A stretch of 64,000 nucleotides of DNA from Lentisphaeria bacterium (GCA_041690595.1 JAWLHB010000005.1:124001-188000); one strand, 5' to 3'. Positions 38,626 to 48,886 are shown, counted from the stretch's first letter. Numbers and translations: made by a program. Notes: generated by a model from the letters alone, not told the origin.

Positions 38626-40476
38626 CTATTCCGCGGGAATGTACCCATTCTTCTCCAGGTTCCAGGGATCCGTGTAAGTTCCCTTGATCAGCTTCTCCTC
38701 AAATGGTACATAGGCGGGACGCGGAAAAGCACCCTCCCGCAGCTCCGCCGGCGGATCCAGGCCAAGTACGGTCATAAGCCATCGGTCTTGGTATCGAGCA
38801 TCGTAATTGAGTTGTCCCCATCGATCGCGCGTCTCCTCCGGAATGCCAAATCCGGCCACCATTCTATAGTTGCTGATAGCCCCTGAAACGTGAAACACGT
38901 GGAACACCTGGCCGTGGTGATAGGTTGGCAGATCGAGCATGATCAGCTCCACCAGCTTCCTGACCACTGGCACCGACGACTGCTTCTGCTCTATGTACTG
39001 GCCATCGAAATAGGCCTGTCGCACCAGCGGTGAATCCAGAATCTCGAGCGCCTGCCGCTCTCCCTCGGTCTCGGCTTCCCGCACCTCTACCTCGACAACA
39101 TTGGACTTAAGCGTAAGGTCAGGCTTTGCATGATACATCAACTGCAGCTTGTACCTGCCCGAGACAGTAAACCAAGGCTGCCGATCCCGCACGAACGCGC
39201 TGGCCACCATGCTGCACGTCCAATAATATTGATCTCCTATAGCGTACCAGCGGAAGTAAGACGTTTGCCGGTTTGGAACCGGCCACGGACGCCCCGCCAC
39301 GACCTCGCCATCCGGGCGAGTAAGCACGATCCTCAGCGGCTGCTCCGGCGGGTTAGAAGCGGTACCGGAATCAGTTGGAAGCGGCGCGAGGTCCGCGGGT
39401 ACGCCAGAGGAGCTGATCAGCGCGAAATAGAGACGAACCGGCTCATATCGGAGCAGCGCGCGATCCTCCGCCACCAACATAAGGCGCAGTCCTTGCGTCT
39501 CGGGCACGCCCTGCTTATCGGCAATTTCCACCAATCGCGGATATGCCCACGCCTGCCATCGGCGACGATAATCTTCATACGTCAACGGCGGCGGCGGGAG
39601 AGGTGGCGGTGGCGTAGCCAGCAGCTCCGCTACGCGCGCTTTCAGCTCGGGCGAAGGCGCAACCGCACGCAGTCCCATGGGCAATGCCGGTTGATCCGAG
39701 CCATTGCCGCCTGCCCGCTCCTCGAGCGCCCGCGGCAGCTCCGGCAACTTGTCGCGTGTCTCGTTCTCCGTCCACCAGGTACACATTCGCTGTTGATTCC
39801 CGCTCCTCGGCCAGGGATCGAGAAAGAGCGTGCCGCGCTCCTCCTTCAGCCGCGCCTCCCAGTGCTCACGGGCCCGATTCGCCTCCGCGACGAGTTCATC
39901 AGAGGTCGCCTTCTCGTTCCAGGACAGTGACTGCCATAGCAACTCCTCGCTGCCATCGGCCAACGTTATCACCAAGTCCAGTTTGTCATCGCCGATCCGC
40001 ACATCACGCACCATGGGCAGAGAGCGAAGAAATGCCACATAAGCCAGGTTCCGTTCCTCCAGCGGCACGGCCCTCTCCAGGTACGCCCACATTGCATAAC
40101 GATAGAACCGAGTTTCGTCAAGCTGCGTCATTGTCCCCAGATTTGCTGGCGGCTCCGGCTTCGGGAACTGGATCTCACCCGGAATCCTGCGGTAGAAGCT
40201 CTCCGTCAGATAGCCATTGATGTATACCCTCGTGCCGCGTCGGTCCACCCGGTAGGGCGCCTCGAGATAGCGACCCGCCACGAAAACAAAGCCCTTCGGC
40301 CAGAAGACCTCCCCCACCCTCTCCCCCATCGCCACCTCGTACTGCTCGACCTCCCCGAGATCCGTCCCGCTCGGCGCGAAGTCACCAAGATGCAGCCCCT
40401 CCTCGGCCCCACACCAGCCCACCACCAGAAGCAACGCCGCCAATCCTGGCCAGCCACATCTTCTTACCATGTCCAT
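38626..40476 (-). CDS. Hypothetical exported protein, two regions joined by a poly-Pro linker
   Basis: ~616-aa ORF, signal-peptide-like N-terminus, GGAGA RBS before ATG 40476, TPPPPLPPPP linker; no family recognised. Confidence 0.75.
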   Translation of the reverse strand: MDMVRRCGWPGLAALLLVVGWCGAEEGLHLGDFAPSGTDLGEVEQYEVAMGERVGEVFWPKGFVFVAGRYLEAPYRVDRRGTRVYINGYLTESFYRRIPGEIQFPKPEPPANLGTMTQLDETRFYRYAMWAYLERAVPLEERNLAYVAFLRSLPMVRDVRIGDDKLDLVITLADGSEELLWQSLSWNEKATSDELVAEANRAREHWEARLKEERGTLFLDPWPRSGNQQRMCTWWTENETRDKLPELPRALEERAGGNGSDQPALPMGLRAVAPSPELKARVAELLATPPPPLPPPPLTYEDYRRRWQAWAYPRLVEIADKQGVPETQGLRLMLVAEDRALLRYEPVRLYFALISSSGVPADLAPLPTDSGTASNPPEQPLRIVLTRPDGEVVAGRPWPVPNRQTSYFRWYAIGDQYYWTCSMVASAFVRDRQPWFTVSGRYKLQLMYHAKPDLTLKSNVVEVEVREAETEGERQALEILDSPLVRQAYFDGQYIEQKQSSVPVVRKLVELIMLDLPTYHHGQVFHVFHVSGAISNYRMVAGFGIPEETRDRWGQLNYDARYQDRWLMTVLGLDPPAELREGAFPRPAYVPFEEKLIKGTYTDPWNLEKNGYIPAE

Positions 40477-40671
40477 GAGCAATCATCTCCGTTCTGTAGA
40501 CGCTGCCATCAGCCGGAATCCCCGCCGTCTACGGATAGAATAGCACCGCCAGAACACGCCTTCCATCTCCGCAATATCAACTCCAGACACTGGCACCAGA
40601 ACCCACCATCCTGCATTCCCCGCGCCAGAGGTCATCCGGCCTCCCTCTCCGAACGACGCCTCAGGAGACTG

Positions 40672-40720
40672 TCGAGGTTATCGAATCGATCGACCGTATC
40701 GAATCCCTCGATTCCCTCGA
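40672..40720 (+). repeat. Six TCGA tetramers at exact 9-bp spacing
   Basis: TCGA starts at 40672, 40681, 40690, 40699, 40708 and 40717. Confidence 0.85.
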
Positions 40721-40737
40721 GATCCGTCCCCGCTTCC

Positions 40738-40901
40738 CTCTCCACACGAAACCAAGTTTCATTCTATCCCCTCTTCGTGATCTTCGTGTACTTCGTGGTG
40801 ATATTCGTTCCCTTTAACAACATTTTGCTCTCCTACATCATCCCCCCTCAGCAGCACCAAAACCGCTTCCTCAGTGACCTCTGAGACCTCTGTGGCAAAC
40901 A
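40738..40901 (+). repeat. Direct repeat copy B (~165 bp)
   Basis: CTCTTCGTG ATCTTCGTG TACTTCGTG GT ... CCTTTAACAAC ... CCTCAGTGA CCTCTGAGA CCTCTGTGG CAAACA, as in copy A. Confidence 0.92.
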
Positions 40902-40950
40902 CCCCCGCGTCCCTGCCTCCCCGCGACTATACTATTTTCCTCCTCCACTC

Positions 40951-40998
40951 TTGACGTTGCCCTGGATCACGTGTATACTTAGCCAAACGACGAAATAT
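40951..40998 (+). promoter_or_regulatory. Sigma70 promoter of the ars operon with overlapping putative ArsR operator
   Basis: TTGACG-17 nt-TATACT; imperfect palindrome ATACTTAG..CGAAATAT; GGAGGAG RBS follows. Confidence 0.75.
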
Positions 40999-41009
40999 GG
41001 AGGAGCGCC

Positions 41010-41378
41010 ATGCGCAATGTTCTGGCTGTTGCCAAAGGGTTGAGTGATGAAGGCCGTCTGCGAGCCTTGATGGCCCTGCATGCGCACCATGAACTGTGCG
41101 TCTGTGATCTGACTTCGCTCCTTGGCCTGGCTACGGCAACCGTCTCACGGCACATGTCAGTCCTGCAACGCGCGGAGCTGGTGGACAATCGCAAGGAAGG
41201 CCGCTGGGTCTACTATCGGCTGGCCAGCCCCGCACCCAACACCCCGCAGGCCGAAGCCCTCGCGTGGGTCCGCAAGTGCCTCCACGACGATCCCGTCACC
41301 AGGAAGGATCAGGAGAAGCTGAAGACCCTCCTCTGCTCTGCCGCGGATGAATGCTGCGACAAGAAAACACCCAACTGA
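41010..41378 (+). CDS. arsR: ArsR/SmtB family repressor
   Basis: ELCVCDL metal-binding motif, [17 protein letters not shown]-terminal CC. Confidence 0.92.
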   Translation: MRNVLAVAKGLSDEGRLRALMALHAHHELCVCDLTSLLGLATATVSRHMSVLQRAELVDNRKEGRWVYYRLASPAPNTPQAEALAWVRKCLHDDPVTRKDQEKLKTLLCSAADECCDKKTPN

Positions 41379-41394
41379 GAGTCCCCCCACTCCC

Positions 41395-41853
41395 ATGTCC
41401 AAAGAAACAGACAAACTGAAGATACTCTTCCTGTGCACGGGCAATTCGTGCCGCAGCCAGATGGCCGAAGGATGGCTTCGCCACCTCAAAGGCGACCACG
41501 TCGAGGCCTTCTCCGCCGGTATCGAGACCCACGGCCTCAACCCGAACGCCGCCAAGGTCATGGCTGAAGCAGGCGTGGATATTCGCCGGCAGCGCTCGCA
41601 ACACATCGACGACTTTGCGGATACCCCCCTCGACCTCGTCATCACCGTTTGCAGCCACGCCCACGAAAGCTGCCCGATCTTTCCCGGAAAGACCAAGGTC
41701 GTCCATGTCGGCTTCGATGATCCACCAAAGCTCGCCAAGAGCGCCGCGACCGAAGAGGAAGCCCTCTCCCAATACCGTCGCGTCCGCGATGAGATCCGCC
41801 ACTTCATCGAGAGCACCGACTTCACGAAACTCGTCAATGGAGAGACAGAATGA
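41395..41853 (+). CDS. arsC: Arsenate reductase (LMW-PTP/thioredoxin type)
   Basis: [24 protein letters not shown] and FDDP motifs. Confidence 0.93.
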   Translation: MSKETDKLKILFLCTGNSCRSQMAEGWLRHLKGDHVEAFSAGIETHGLNPNAAKVMAEAGVDIRRQRSQHIDDFADTPLDLVITVCSHAHESCPIFPGKTKVVHVGFDDPPKLAKSAATEEEALSQYRRVRDEIRHFIESTDFTKLVNGETE

Positions 41854-42704
41854 GCCAGACATCCCAACCCGATGCAACCCGCGAAACCGTCCGCACCAAG
41901 TACGGCGAAATCGCCAGAGGCGCCTCCTCATGCTGCGGCCCAACCGCCTGCTGTGGCGGCGCTGACGCCGACAAGCTCGCCGCCCAGCTCGGCTACGACC
42001 CCAACGACCTCTCCCAGATTCCGCCTGAGGCCAATCTGGGCCTCTCGTGCGGCAACCCCACCGCCATCGCCTCACTCCGCGAAGGCGAAATCGTCCTCGA
42101 TCTCGGCAGCGGCGCCGGCTTCGATGCCTTCGTCGCAGGCCCCGCCGTCGGCGCAACCGGCCGCGTCATCGGCGTTGACATGACCCCCGACATGCTGAAC
42201 CGCGCCCGCCGCAACCTCGCCGCCTATCGCGACCGCACCGGCCTGGACAACGTCGAGTTCCGCCTCGGCGAGATCGAACACCTCCCCGTCGCCGATGCCA
42301 GCGTCGATGTCGTCATCAGCAACTGCGTCATCAACCTCTCCCCCGACAAGCCTCAGGTCTGGCGCGAAATCGCCCGCGTCCTCAAGCCCGGCGGACGCGT
42401 CGCCGTCTCGGACATGGCCCTCAGAAAGCCACTTCCCGAGGCCGTCCGCGAATCCGTCGAGGCTCTGGTCGGCTGCATCGCCGGCGCCTCCCTCCTCGAC
42501 GAGATCCGCGCCATGGCAGCCGAGGCCGGCTTGATCGCCGTCAACGTCGAGGTCAAGAGCGGCAACCTTGCCGCCATGATCGACACCAACGACGCCCTCT
42601 ACCACGAGATGCTGGCCGCCCTGCCCGCCGGCGCCACCGCCGATGACTACGTCGTCAGCGCCAACATCACCGCCACCCGCAAGGCCGGCTGCTGCTGTTG
42701 CTGA
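41850..42704 (+). CDS. arsM: Arsenite methyltransferase
   Basis: N-terminal [31 protein letters not shown] and GCIAGA motifs; ars context. Confidence 0.93.
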   Translation: MSQTSQPDATRETVRTKYGEIARGASSCCGPTACCGGADADKLAAQLGYDPNDLSQIPPEANLGLSCGNPTAIASLREGEIVLDLGSGAGFDAFVAGPAVGATGRVIGVDMTPDMLNRARRNLAAYRDRTGLDNVEFRLGEIEHLPVADASVDVVISNCVINLSPDKPQVWREIARVLKPGGRVAVSDMALRKPLPEAVRESVEALVGCIAGASLLDEIRAMAAEAGLIAVNVEVKSGNLAAMIDTNDALYHEMLAALPAGATADDYVVSANITATRKAGCCCC

Positions 42705-42714
42705 ACCATCCGCC

Positions 42715-42746
42715 GCCGCGTCCTGGGCCTCGCTCCCGGACGCGGC
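42715..42746 (+). other. Intergenic stem-loop between arsM and acr3
   Basis: GCCGCGTCC(T)GGG-loop-CCCGGACGCGGC. Confidence 0.65.
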
Positions 42747-42776
42747 AGCCATCCAACACCCCGGGGAACAAGATCG

Positions 42777-43988
42777 ATGAGCCATCCGCACGACCCAACC
42801 AACGACCGTAAACTGACCAACCTCTTCGAACGCTATCTGACCCTCTGGGTCGCCCTCTGCATTGTCGCGGGCATACTCCTGGGCAAGTTTGCCCCCGGCC
42901 TGGCCAGATCCCTGGACGGCATGGCCATCTTCGTCAACGACGCCCCGGTCATCTCCATCCCCATCGCCATCTGTCTCTTCTTCATGATGTATCCCATCAT
43001 GGTCAAGATCGACTTTGCCACCGTCGTCAAAGCCGGCCGCAGCGGCAAACCCGTCTGGCTCACCCTCTTCCTCAACTGGTGCGTCAAACCCTTCACCATG
43101 TACGCGATCGCCATCTTCTTCCTCGGATTCCTCTTTCGCGGCCTCATCGGCACCGACGCAACCGACCTGGTGAAGATGCCCTTTGGCCTCGACCTCCCCG
43201 TCGGCGGCGTCCATGGCGCAGGCACCGTCGTCCTTCAGGACGGCGTCAAGATGCTCCAGATCCCCCTCTGGCGCAGCTACTTCGCCGGATGCATTCTCCT
43301 CGGCATCGCCCCATGCACCGCCATGGTCCTGGTCTGGAGCTTTCTCGCCAGAGGCAACGACGGGCTCACCCTCATCATGGTCGCCATCAACTCCCTCACC
43401 ATGCTCGTCCTCTATGGACTGCTCGGCGGCTTTCTCCTCGGCGTCGGCAAACTGCCCGTCCCCTGGCAGGCCCTCCTCCTCTCCATCCTCATCTACGTCG
43501 CCCTGCCGCTCGTGGCAGGCTACCTCTCCCGCAAATGGATTATCGCCGCCAAAGGCGAGGAGTGGTTCAAGCAGAAGTTCCTCCACATCCTGACTCCCGT
43601 CACCATTATCGCCCTCCTGACCACCTTGGTCCTCCTCTTCAGCTTCAAGGGCGAAACCATCCTCGCCAACCCCCTGACCATCCTCTGGATTGCCATCCCC
43701 CTCTTCATCCAGACCATGCTCATCTTCTGGATGGGCTATGGCGCCGCCAGACTCCTCAAGCTCTCCTACCGCGATGCCGCCCCCGCCGCCATGATCGGCG
43801 CCAGCAATCACTTCGAGGTCGCCATCGCCACCGCAACCATGCTCTTCGGCCTCTCCTCCGGCGCCGCCCTCGCCACCGTCGTCGGCGTCCTCATCGAGGT
43901 GCCCCTCATGCTCTGGCTCGTCCGCATCTGCCTCCGCACTAAGCACTGGTTTCCCGCGGATCAGGACGCGGCAGCCGGCAACGCATGA
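42777..43988 (+). CDS. acr3: ACR3 family arsenite efflux transporter
   Basis: [35 protein letters not shown] and VGVLIEVP motifs. Confidence 0.95.
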   Translation: MSHPHDPTNDRKLTNLFERYLTLWVALCIVAGILLGKFAPGLARSLDGMAIFVNDAPVISIPIAICLFFMMYPIMVKIDFATVVKAGRSGKPVWLTLFLNWCVKPFTMYAIAIFFLGFLFRGLIGTDATDLVKMPFGLDLPVGGVHGAGTVVLQDGVKMLQIPLWRSYFAGCILLGIAPCTAMVLVWSFLARGNDGLTLIMVAINSLTMLVLYGLLGGFLLGVGKLPVPWQALLLSILIYVALPLVAGYLSRKWIIAAKGEEWFKQKFLHILTPVTIIALLTTLVLLFSFKGETILANPLTILWIAIPLFIQTMLIFWMGYGAARLLKLSYRDAAPAAMIGASNHFEVAIATATMLFGLSSGAALATVVGVLIEVPLMLWLVRICLRTKHWFPADQDAAAGNA

Positions 43989-44004
43989 ATCCCCATAACA
44001 CCCC

Positions 44005-44664
44005 ATGGAAGGTATGATGACTTACGCCATTCTGGCTATCGTCGCGGTTCTCCTCGTCTTTGGCTCATGGCGCCTGGCATCCCGTCGCCATTCGCTTCCA
44101 TGCCCGGTATGGCTGCGCTGGATGGTCGAACTGGACAACCCCTTCACCAGCACCAATCGAGCGGCGGTGATCGTGGCCCAGCTCGACCTCCAGCCGGGCA
44201 TGACCGTCCTCGATGCCGGTTGCGGCCCCGGTCGCGTCACCATACCGCTCGCCAGGCAGACTGGCCCGACCGGCTGTGTAGTCGCCATGGACATTCAGCC
44301 CGGCATGCTGGCACGCGCCCGGGAAAAGGCCCAGGCGGCAGGCCTCTCAAACATCCACTTCCTCCACGCCGGCGCCGGCGATGGAAAGCTCGGAACGGAC
44401 CGCTTCGACCGCGCCCTGCTGGTGACCGTCCTTGGCGAAATCCCCAACCGCGAAGCCGCGCTCAAGGAGATCTTTCTCGCTCTCAAGCTCAACGGCATCC
44501 TCTCCGTCACCGAGGTCATCTTCGATCCCCATTTCCAGCGCCGCCAAACCGTCGTGTCACTCGCCACTGCCGCTGGCTTTCAGCTCACGGCGACCTTTGG
44601 CCATCCCTTCGCCTATACCCTGCACCTCGTCAAGCCACGGCAGGAAGCCCACACCGCAACATAG
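44005..44664 (+). CDS. Class I SAM-dependent methyltransferase with N-terminal TM anchor
   Basis: VLDAGCGPG, DIQPGML and LVTVLGEIP motifs; start 44005 or a few codons downstream. Confidence 0.85.
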   Translation: MEGMMTYAILAIVAVLLVFGSWRLASRRHSLPCPVWLRWMVELDNPFTSTNRAAVIVAQLDLQPGMTVLDAGCGPGRVTIPLARQTGPTGCVVAMDIQPGMLARAREKAQAAGLSNIHFLHAGAGDGKLGTDRFDRALLVTVLGEIPNREAALKEIFLALKLNGILSVTEVIFDPHFQRRQTVVSLATAAGFQLTATFGHPFAYTLHLVKPRQEAHTAT

Positions 44665-44682
44665 CCCGATCACCAGCCCCCT

Positions 44683-47067
44683 TTACCGCTCGGCCAACTC
44701 CGCGGCGACAGCCTGCCAGCTCTCGGCCGAAGCCGTGAAGGGACGCGAACGAAGGCGAAGGCGCGCCGTATCCCCCGGCGCAATGGTGCGCCTGCTCCAG
44801 ATCTGCAGATAGTGCTTCTTGTAGGGGCTCGTCCGGTCCCAGATCCGCGTCCGCAGACCGACCTCCACGGGAGCATCCACCAGCGTCATCACCACCCCGT
44901 GGCCATTTTCCCGGTTGTACAGCGCCACCCAGCGTACCTGCCGCTCCAGCCGGAAACCGTTGTCATTCACGAACGCCATCGCGATCGTCTCCCCCTCAGC
45001 CGTGACCGCCATATAGTCGGTCATCTCCTTGCCCCACGGATACATGAAGACGTACAGCAGGTCGAGCGGCTCCGGGGACTCCGCCCGCAGCCAGACCTCC
45101 TCCTCGACCACCCCATCCGCGGTCAGCCACCGATCCCGCAGGCGCAGATGGTGCATCCGCGACTCCTTGACCAGCTCCAGCCGTTCGCACGAATAGCTCG
45201 CCACGGGCTCCGCCACCACCTCGCCATCGACGCGAAGGCGCAGCCCCAGCACCTCCTCCTGCTGCCCCGTCTCCTTGTGCGCCGCCCCGATGAAGCCAAT
45301 ATCCTTGACCTTCGCCACGCTCCCGTAACTCGCCCCCGGCGTGTCGATGCAGATTCGCTCCCCCTCATGGTCGACGCGACTGAGCGTCCAGTTCTTCCCC
45401 GCGTCGAAACGAACCCCAAGATCGCCGACCGTCGCGGCAATCTCCGTCGGCCAGCTCGCCGGCGACTGCCACTCGGGCACCGTCACCTGCCGCCCCTGGC
45501 TGTCGCTGAAGACCAGCGGCGTGCAGCCCCAGAACATCAGCTCCTCCACCCGCTCCTGCCAGTTCAGATTCATATCACTGATGCGCGGCTCCGACTGCTT
45601 CAGCGCCACCACGATCTCCTGCCCCGGCGCCAGATACTCCGCAAACTCGAACGGCTGACCAATGTTCTTCTCCCAGATGAAGGACGACCCCCATAGATGG
45701 AGAAAATCGCAGGCAGCCGGTTCGATGATCCAGCGCATCTCCGGATACCGCTCATGAAGCATCGGCATCAACCGCGTGAAAACCGTCATCGCGTCCGGTC
45801 GCCCGCCCTTGCTCGCCAGCCCCGAGAGTGTCGCATCCAGCCCGATCAGCCTCGCGCCGCGATCCCGCGCCAGATCCAGCTCCCGGAAGATCGCCGCGGT
45901 GTCCGCCGTGTTATCCGGATCCCAGGGATGCCGACGCCCTGTATCCCACCCCTCCGAGATCGAAAAAGCAATGCCGCACCAGAGCCCCACCTGCAAGCCC
46001 AGCTCCTCGCTCAACCGCCGAAACTCACCTTCCGTCGCCACCTGCTCCGGCACCCACCCCGAGCCGATCTCCCAGGCCATGTTGCTTCCCGGATGCTCAC
46101 GATAGCGCCCCACCGATCCCCAGATCATCAGCCGCTCGAAGTTGTGCGCCACTCCCTTCTCGCGAATCAACTCCGGAAAGCCCTTCCAGCCATCCACCTG
46201 TACCGGCAGCGGATTGAACCCCCGCGGATTCTCCTCCGTCACAATCTGCGCCTGCGGCCCGCTCGAAAGCGACCACGCAAAAATCGGGCGAAGATCCACC
46301 TGTTGACGGCGCTCGCCGTACCGCTTCCGGAAGAACTCGCGATATTCACTGAAGCTGCTCAACCACTCCGCCGCCGGCGTCACCTGCAGCGTGATGGCAA
46401 AGCTCGCCGTCTCGCCCGCCGCAAGCTCCTTCGTATCAAGGCGTCGCGCACCACCCTCGTCGGTGATCACCTCCGCCGAACTGGGCTGAAAGATCAGCGT
46501 CCACATGCCACTCGCCGCATCGTACCGGTAGTTCGTATGGATCTCCCATTTCAGGCCAAACGCATCATAGAGCATCGCCGCGCCGATCGCCACATCGCCG
46601 CTGCGCAGCCCCAGGACGGGCGAATAACATTGCCAGGGATACGTCCGCAGCGGATGCAGCCCCACGCGCGGCCCCTCCTCCGTCAGCGCCGGCAGCCATT
46701 GCACAACCTTCCAGTTGTCGAGCCGCCGCGTCCCCTTCGCCGGCAGCCGGATCCCCGGCACCTGAAACGCCGGCAACGCCACCGCCGCATCTCCCGGATT
46801 GCTCACGCTGATCCGCAGGGCCACGCCATCCTCGATCCCTTCCGCCGCCACCCGCACCTCGCAGGCGCTCTCCGTGTGCCACGCCAGCTCCCCGCTGTCG
46901 ATGATCGTCTTGTCGCCCCGCATCACCGTCAGGCGCGGCGGCGAACTCTCCCCGTCAAAAGTGTAGCTCACCTCGTTCACTCCACGAACCTCCTCTCCCT
47001 GTCCCCACGTGGTGCTGCCGCTCAAGATGCCCACCGCCAGCAATATCGTGACTATACGGATCCCCAT
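44683..47067 (-). CDS. Hypothetical secreted multidomain protein (possibly carbohydrate-active)
   Basis: 794-aa ORF, signal peptide, GGAGGA RBS; Trp-rich; no family firmly recognised. Confidence 0.75.
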   Translation of the reverse strand: MGIRIVTILLAVGILSGSTTWGQGEEVRGVNEVSYTFDGESSPPRLTVMRGDKTIIDSGELAWHTESACEVRVAAEGIEDGVALRISVSNPGDAAVALPAFQVPGIRLPAKGTRRLDNWKVVQWLPALTEEGPRVGLHPLRTYPWQCYSPVLGLRSGDVAIGAAMLYDAFGLKWEIHTNYRYDAASGMWTLIFQPSSAEVITDEGGARRLDTKELAAGETASFAITLQVTPAAEWLSSFSEYREFFRKRYGERRQQVDLRPIFAWSLSSGPQAQIVTEENPRGFNPLPVQVDGWKGFPELIREKGVAHNFERLMIWGSVGRYREHPGSNMAWEIGSGWVPEQVATEGEFRRLSEELGLQVGLWCGIAFSISEGWDTGRRHPWDPDNTADTAAIFRELDLARDRGARLIGLDATLSGLASKGGRPDAMTVFTRLMPMLHERYPEMRWIIEPAACDFLHLWGSSFIWEKNIGQPFEFAEYLAPGQEIVVALKQSEPRISDMNLNWQERVEELMFWGCTPLVFSDSQGRQVTVPEWQSPASWPTEIAATVGDLGVRFDAGKNWTLSRVDHEGERICIDTPGASYGSVAKVKDIGFIGAAHKETGQQEEVLGLRLRVDGEVVAEPVASYSCERLELVKESRMHHLRLRDRWLTADGVVEEEVWLRAESPEPLDLLYVFMYPWGKEMTDYMAVTAEGETIAMAFVNDNGFRLERQVRWVALYNRENGHGVVMTLVDAPVEVGLRTRIWDRTSPYKKHYLQIWSRRTIAPGDTARLRLRSRPFTASAESWQAVAAELAER

Positions 47068-47112
47068 GCTTATCCTCCCCTTGCGTTTCCCCTGAACATA
47101 GCCGCCACTCCG

Positions 47113-48819
47113 CTACCTGGCAACCGGCACGTCAAGAGGAATCGGCAAGAGCAGGTAACTCCCACGATCCGGCCCGACATGAAGCACATTGGTTGCTATC
47201 GCGGATCCGCTCTCTTCCCCCGACGCCCGCGGTACCTCCCCGTGAAAACGCTCCTTCAGCAGCTTCCGTGTCAGTTCCTGCTCCTCGTAAGCATCGCCCG
47301 TATTCAGATTGATGTCGAACCGGTCGAAATTGCTGCTCGAAATCGCCAGCCTCACGCGATGCTCCCGGCCAAAAGCCAACGCCGTATACCCGAGATCGAT
47401 CTCGATCTCCACCACCTTCCCCGCCTCCAGAAACTCCTCCTCGAAGCCATTGCGGTAGCGCCCCTTCACGATGCTGTCGCTCACCCACATCGACCGCCCA
47501 TCCGGGTAGACATCCGTCAGCTTCGCCGTGAAATCCGTATCCCGGCAGTCCGACGATACCCACAGTCGCACCAGCACCCGCCCCACCACGATCAGCGGCT
47601 CCACCAGGGGAGCCGTCGTGAAGATCAACACGTCGGCACGATCCTCCACCGGTCGTTGATCGTAAGGCCCCTTTACCGGCAGACGCACGTGCCGCCGCCC
47701 CACTGTCGGCACCGGATCCCGCGGATCGTACCTGTACGTGAACGCATGATCCTCATGCGGAGCCTCCTCTCTCAGGGAGAAGTCCGCCCGCGGGTATAGC
47801 CGCATCTCCTTGCACGCCGGCGGAAAGCTCTCCGCCGCAATCCACCGGTTCCCCACCCCATCCGGATCATCCGCATCCCCCATCAGAAAGTAGCGTACCG
47901 CCGCCTCCTCCATGTGTCCGTTCTCCTTCCCCTTCAGCCAGTGGTCGAACCACGGCAACCATACCTCCCCCTCCCAATCAGGTTTGGCATGCTCCGGATA
48001 CGCCAGCCCCCCATCCAACACCAGCGCTCCGCCCGCCTCCTCCTGCACCACGCCATGCCCCCATGGCCCGATCAGAAGCTTCTGATTCCCCCGCGCCATC
48101 GCTCCGCCATCGCGCTGACACGCCTCGAACATCTCGATCGCTCCTTCCGTGTAAAAGTCATACCAGCCCGCGCTGTGCAGCATGGGCACGTTGAAGCGCC
48201 CAACCACATGCCGCGCACCATGCCGGCTCCGGCGCTTGATGAGCTGCTCCGTCTGCGCTGTGAAAGCTCCGCGCCAGATCGTCTCCATGTCCGCCTTCCG
48301 GAAGCGCGCCGGATAGTAGGCGTCGGTATAGTAGTTGCCCGGCGCCTGGGCCGGGATCACGGCGGCAAGATGCGGCGGTCCGGTAAGCGCCGTCTCATAC
48401 TGCACCGCTCCAGGATGCGAATAGCCGATCATCCCCACCTTGCCGTTGCACCAGGGCTGACCCGCCAGCCACTCCACCGTATCATAGCCATCATGATGCC
48501 GCGCCGCACCCCGTCCCGCCTCCACCGAACCATGAAAGCCGCGCATGTCCTGCACCGCAAAGGCATAGCCATTCCGCAGAAAGCAATCCCGCCACACGCC
48601 CACCGGCCGTTCTCGCGTGCGATCGTAAGGCGTGCAGACCAGAATCACCGGCACCCCCTGCTCCCCCATCAGATCCGGCTCCGGCAGATAGAGATTCGTC
48701 GCCAGCCTCGCCCCATCCCGCATGGGTACGGCTATCTCTTGCCCCGAGACCGTCCGCACTGCCGCAATCAGGACAAGCAGACAGCAGATCACTATGGCTC
48801 CTGATGATTTCATGACCAT
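47113..48819 (-). CDS. CocE/NonD family serine hydrolase (peptidase S15)
   Basis: VPMRDG..LAT, TPY, QDMRG, WCNGKVGMIGYS, GWYDF, IGPWGH and DTDFTAKLTDVYPDG motifs. Confidence 0.92.
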   Translation of the reverse strand: MVMKSSGAIVICCLLVLIAAVRTVSGQEIAVPMRDGARLATNLYLPEPDLMGEQGVPVILVCTPYDRTRERPVGVWRDCFLRNGYAFAVQDMRGFHGSVEAGRGAARHHDGYDTVEWLAGQPWCNGKVGMIGYSHPGAVQYETALTGPPHLAAVIPAQAPGNYYTDAYYPARFRKADMETIWRGAFTAQTEQLIKRRSRHGARHVVGRFNVPMLHSAGWYDFYTEGAIEMFEACQRDGGAMARGNQKLLIGPWGHGVVQEEAGGALVLDGGLAYPEHAKPDWEGEVWLPWFDHWLKGKENGHMEEAAVRYFLMGDADDPDGVGNRWIAAESFPPACKEMRLYPRADFSLREEAPHEDHAFTYRYDPRDPVPTVGRRHVRLPVKGPYDQRPVEDRADVLIFTTAPLVEPLIVVGRVLVRLWVSSDCRDTDFTAKLTDVYPDGRSMWVSDSIVKGRYRNGFEEEFLEAGKVVEIEIDLGYTALAFGREHRVRLAISSSNFDRFDINLNTGDAYEEQELTRKLLKERFHGEVPRASGEESGSAIATNVLHVGPDRGSYLLLPIPLDVPVAR

Positions 48820-48886
48820 GAAACGACGCCACGAAAGCAGATATTGTCACATCCGGGGGAATCGCCGAGCCCCTTCCGCCTCACCC

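Noticed and set aside
40493..40535. Inverted repeat GTAGACG..CGTCTAC upstream of the orphan gene (REP- or riboswitch-like)
   Set aside because: Single copy, short stem and no recognisable RNA family motif.
38436..40901. Repeats as a CRISPR array or IS ends
   Set aside because: Only two long copies 2.3 kb apart, direct rather than inverted, with no regular spacers and no cas or transposase gene.
43150..43270. Extra ~35-aa loop in Acr3 ([15 protein letters not shown]..)
   Set aside because: As far as I recall this insertion occurs in a known subgroup of Acr3 proteins; no intein or mobile-element features.
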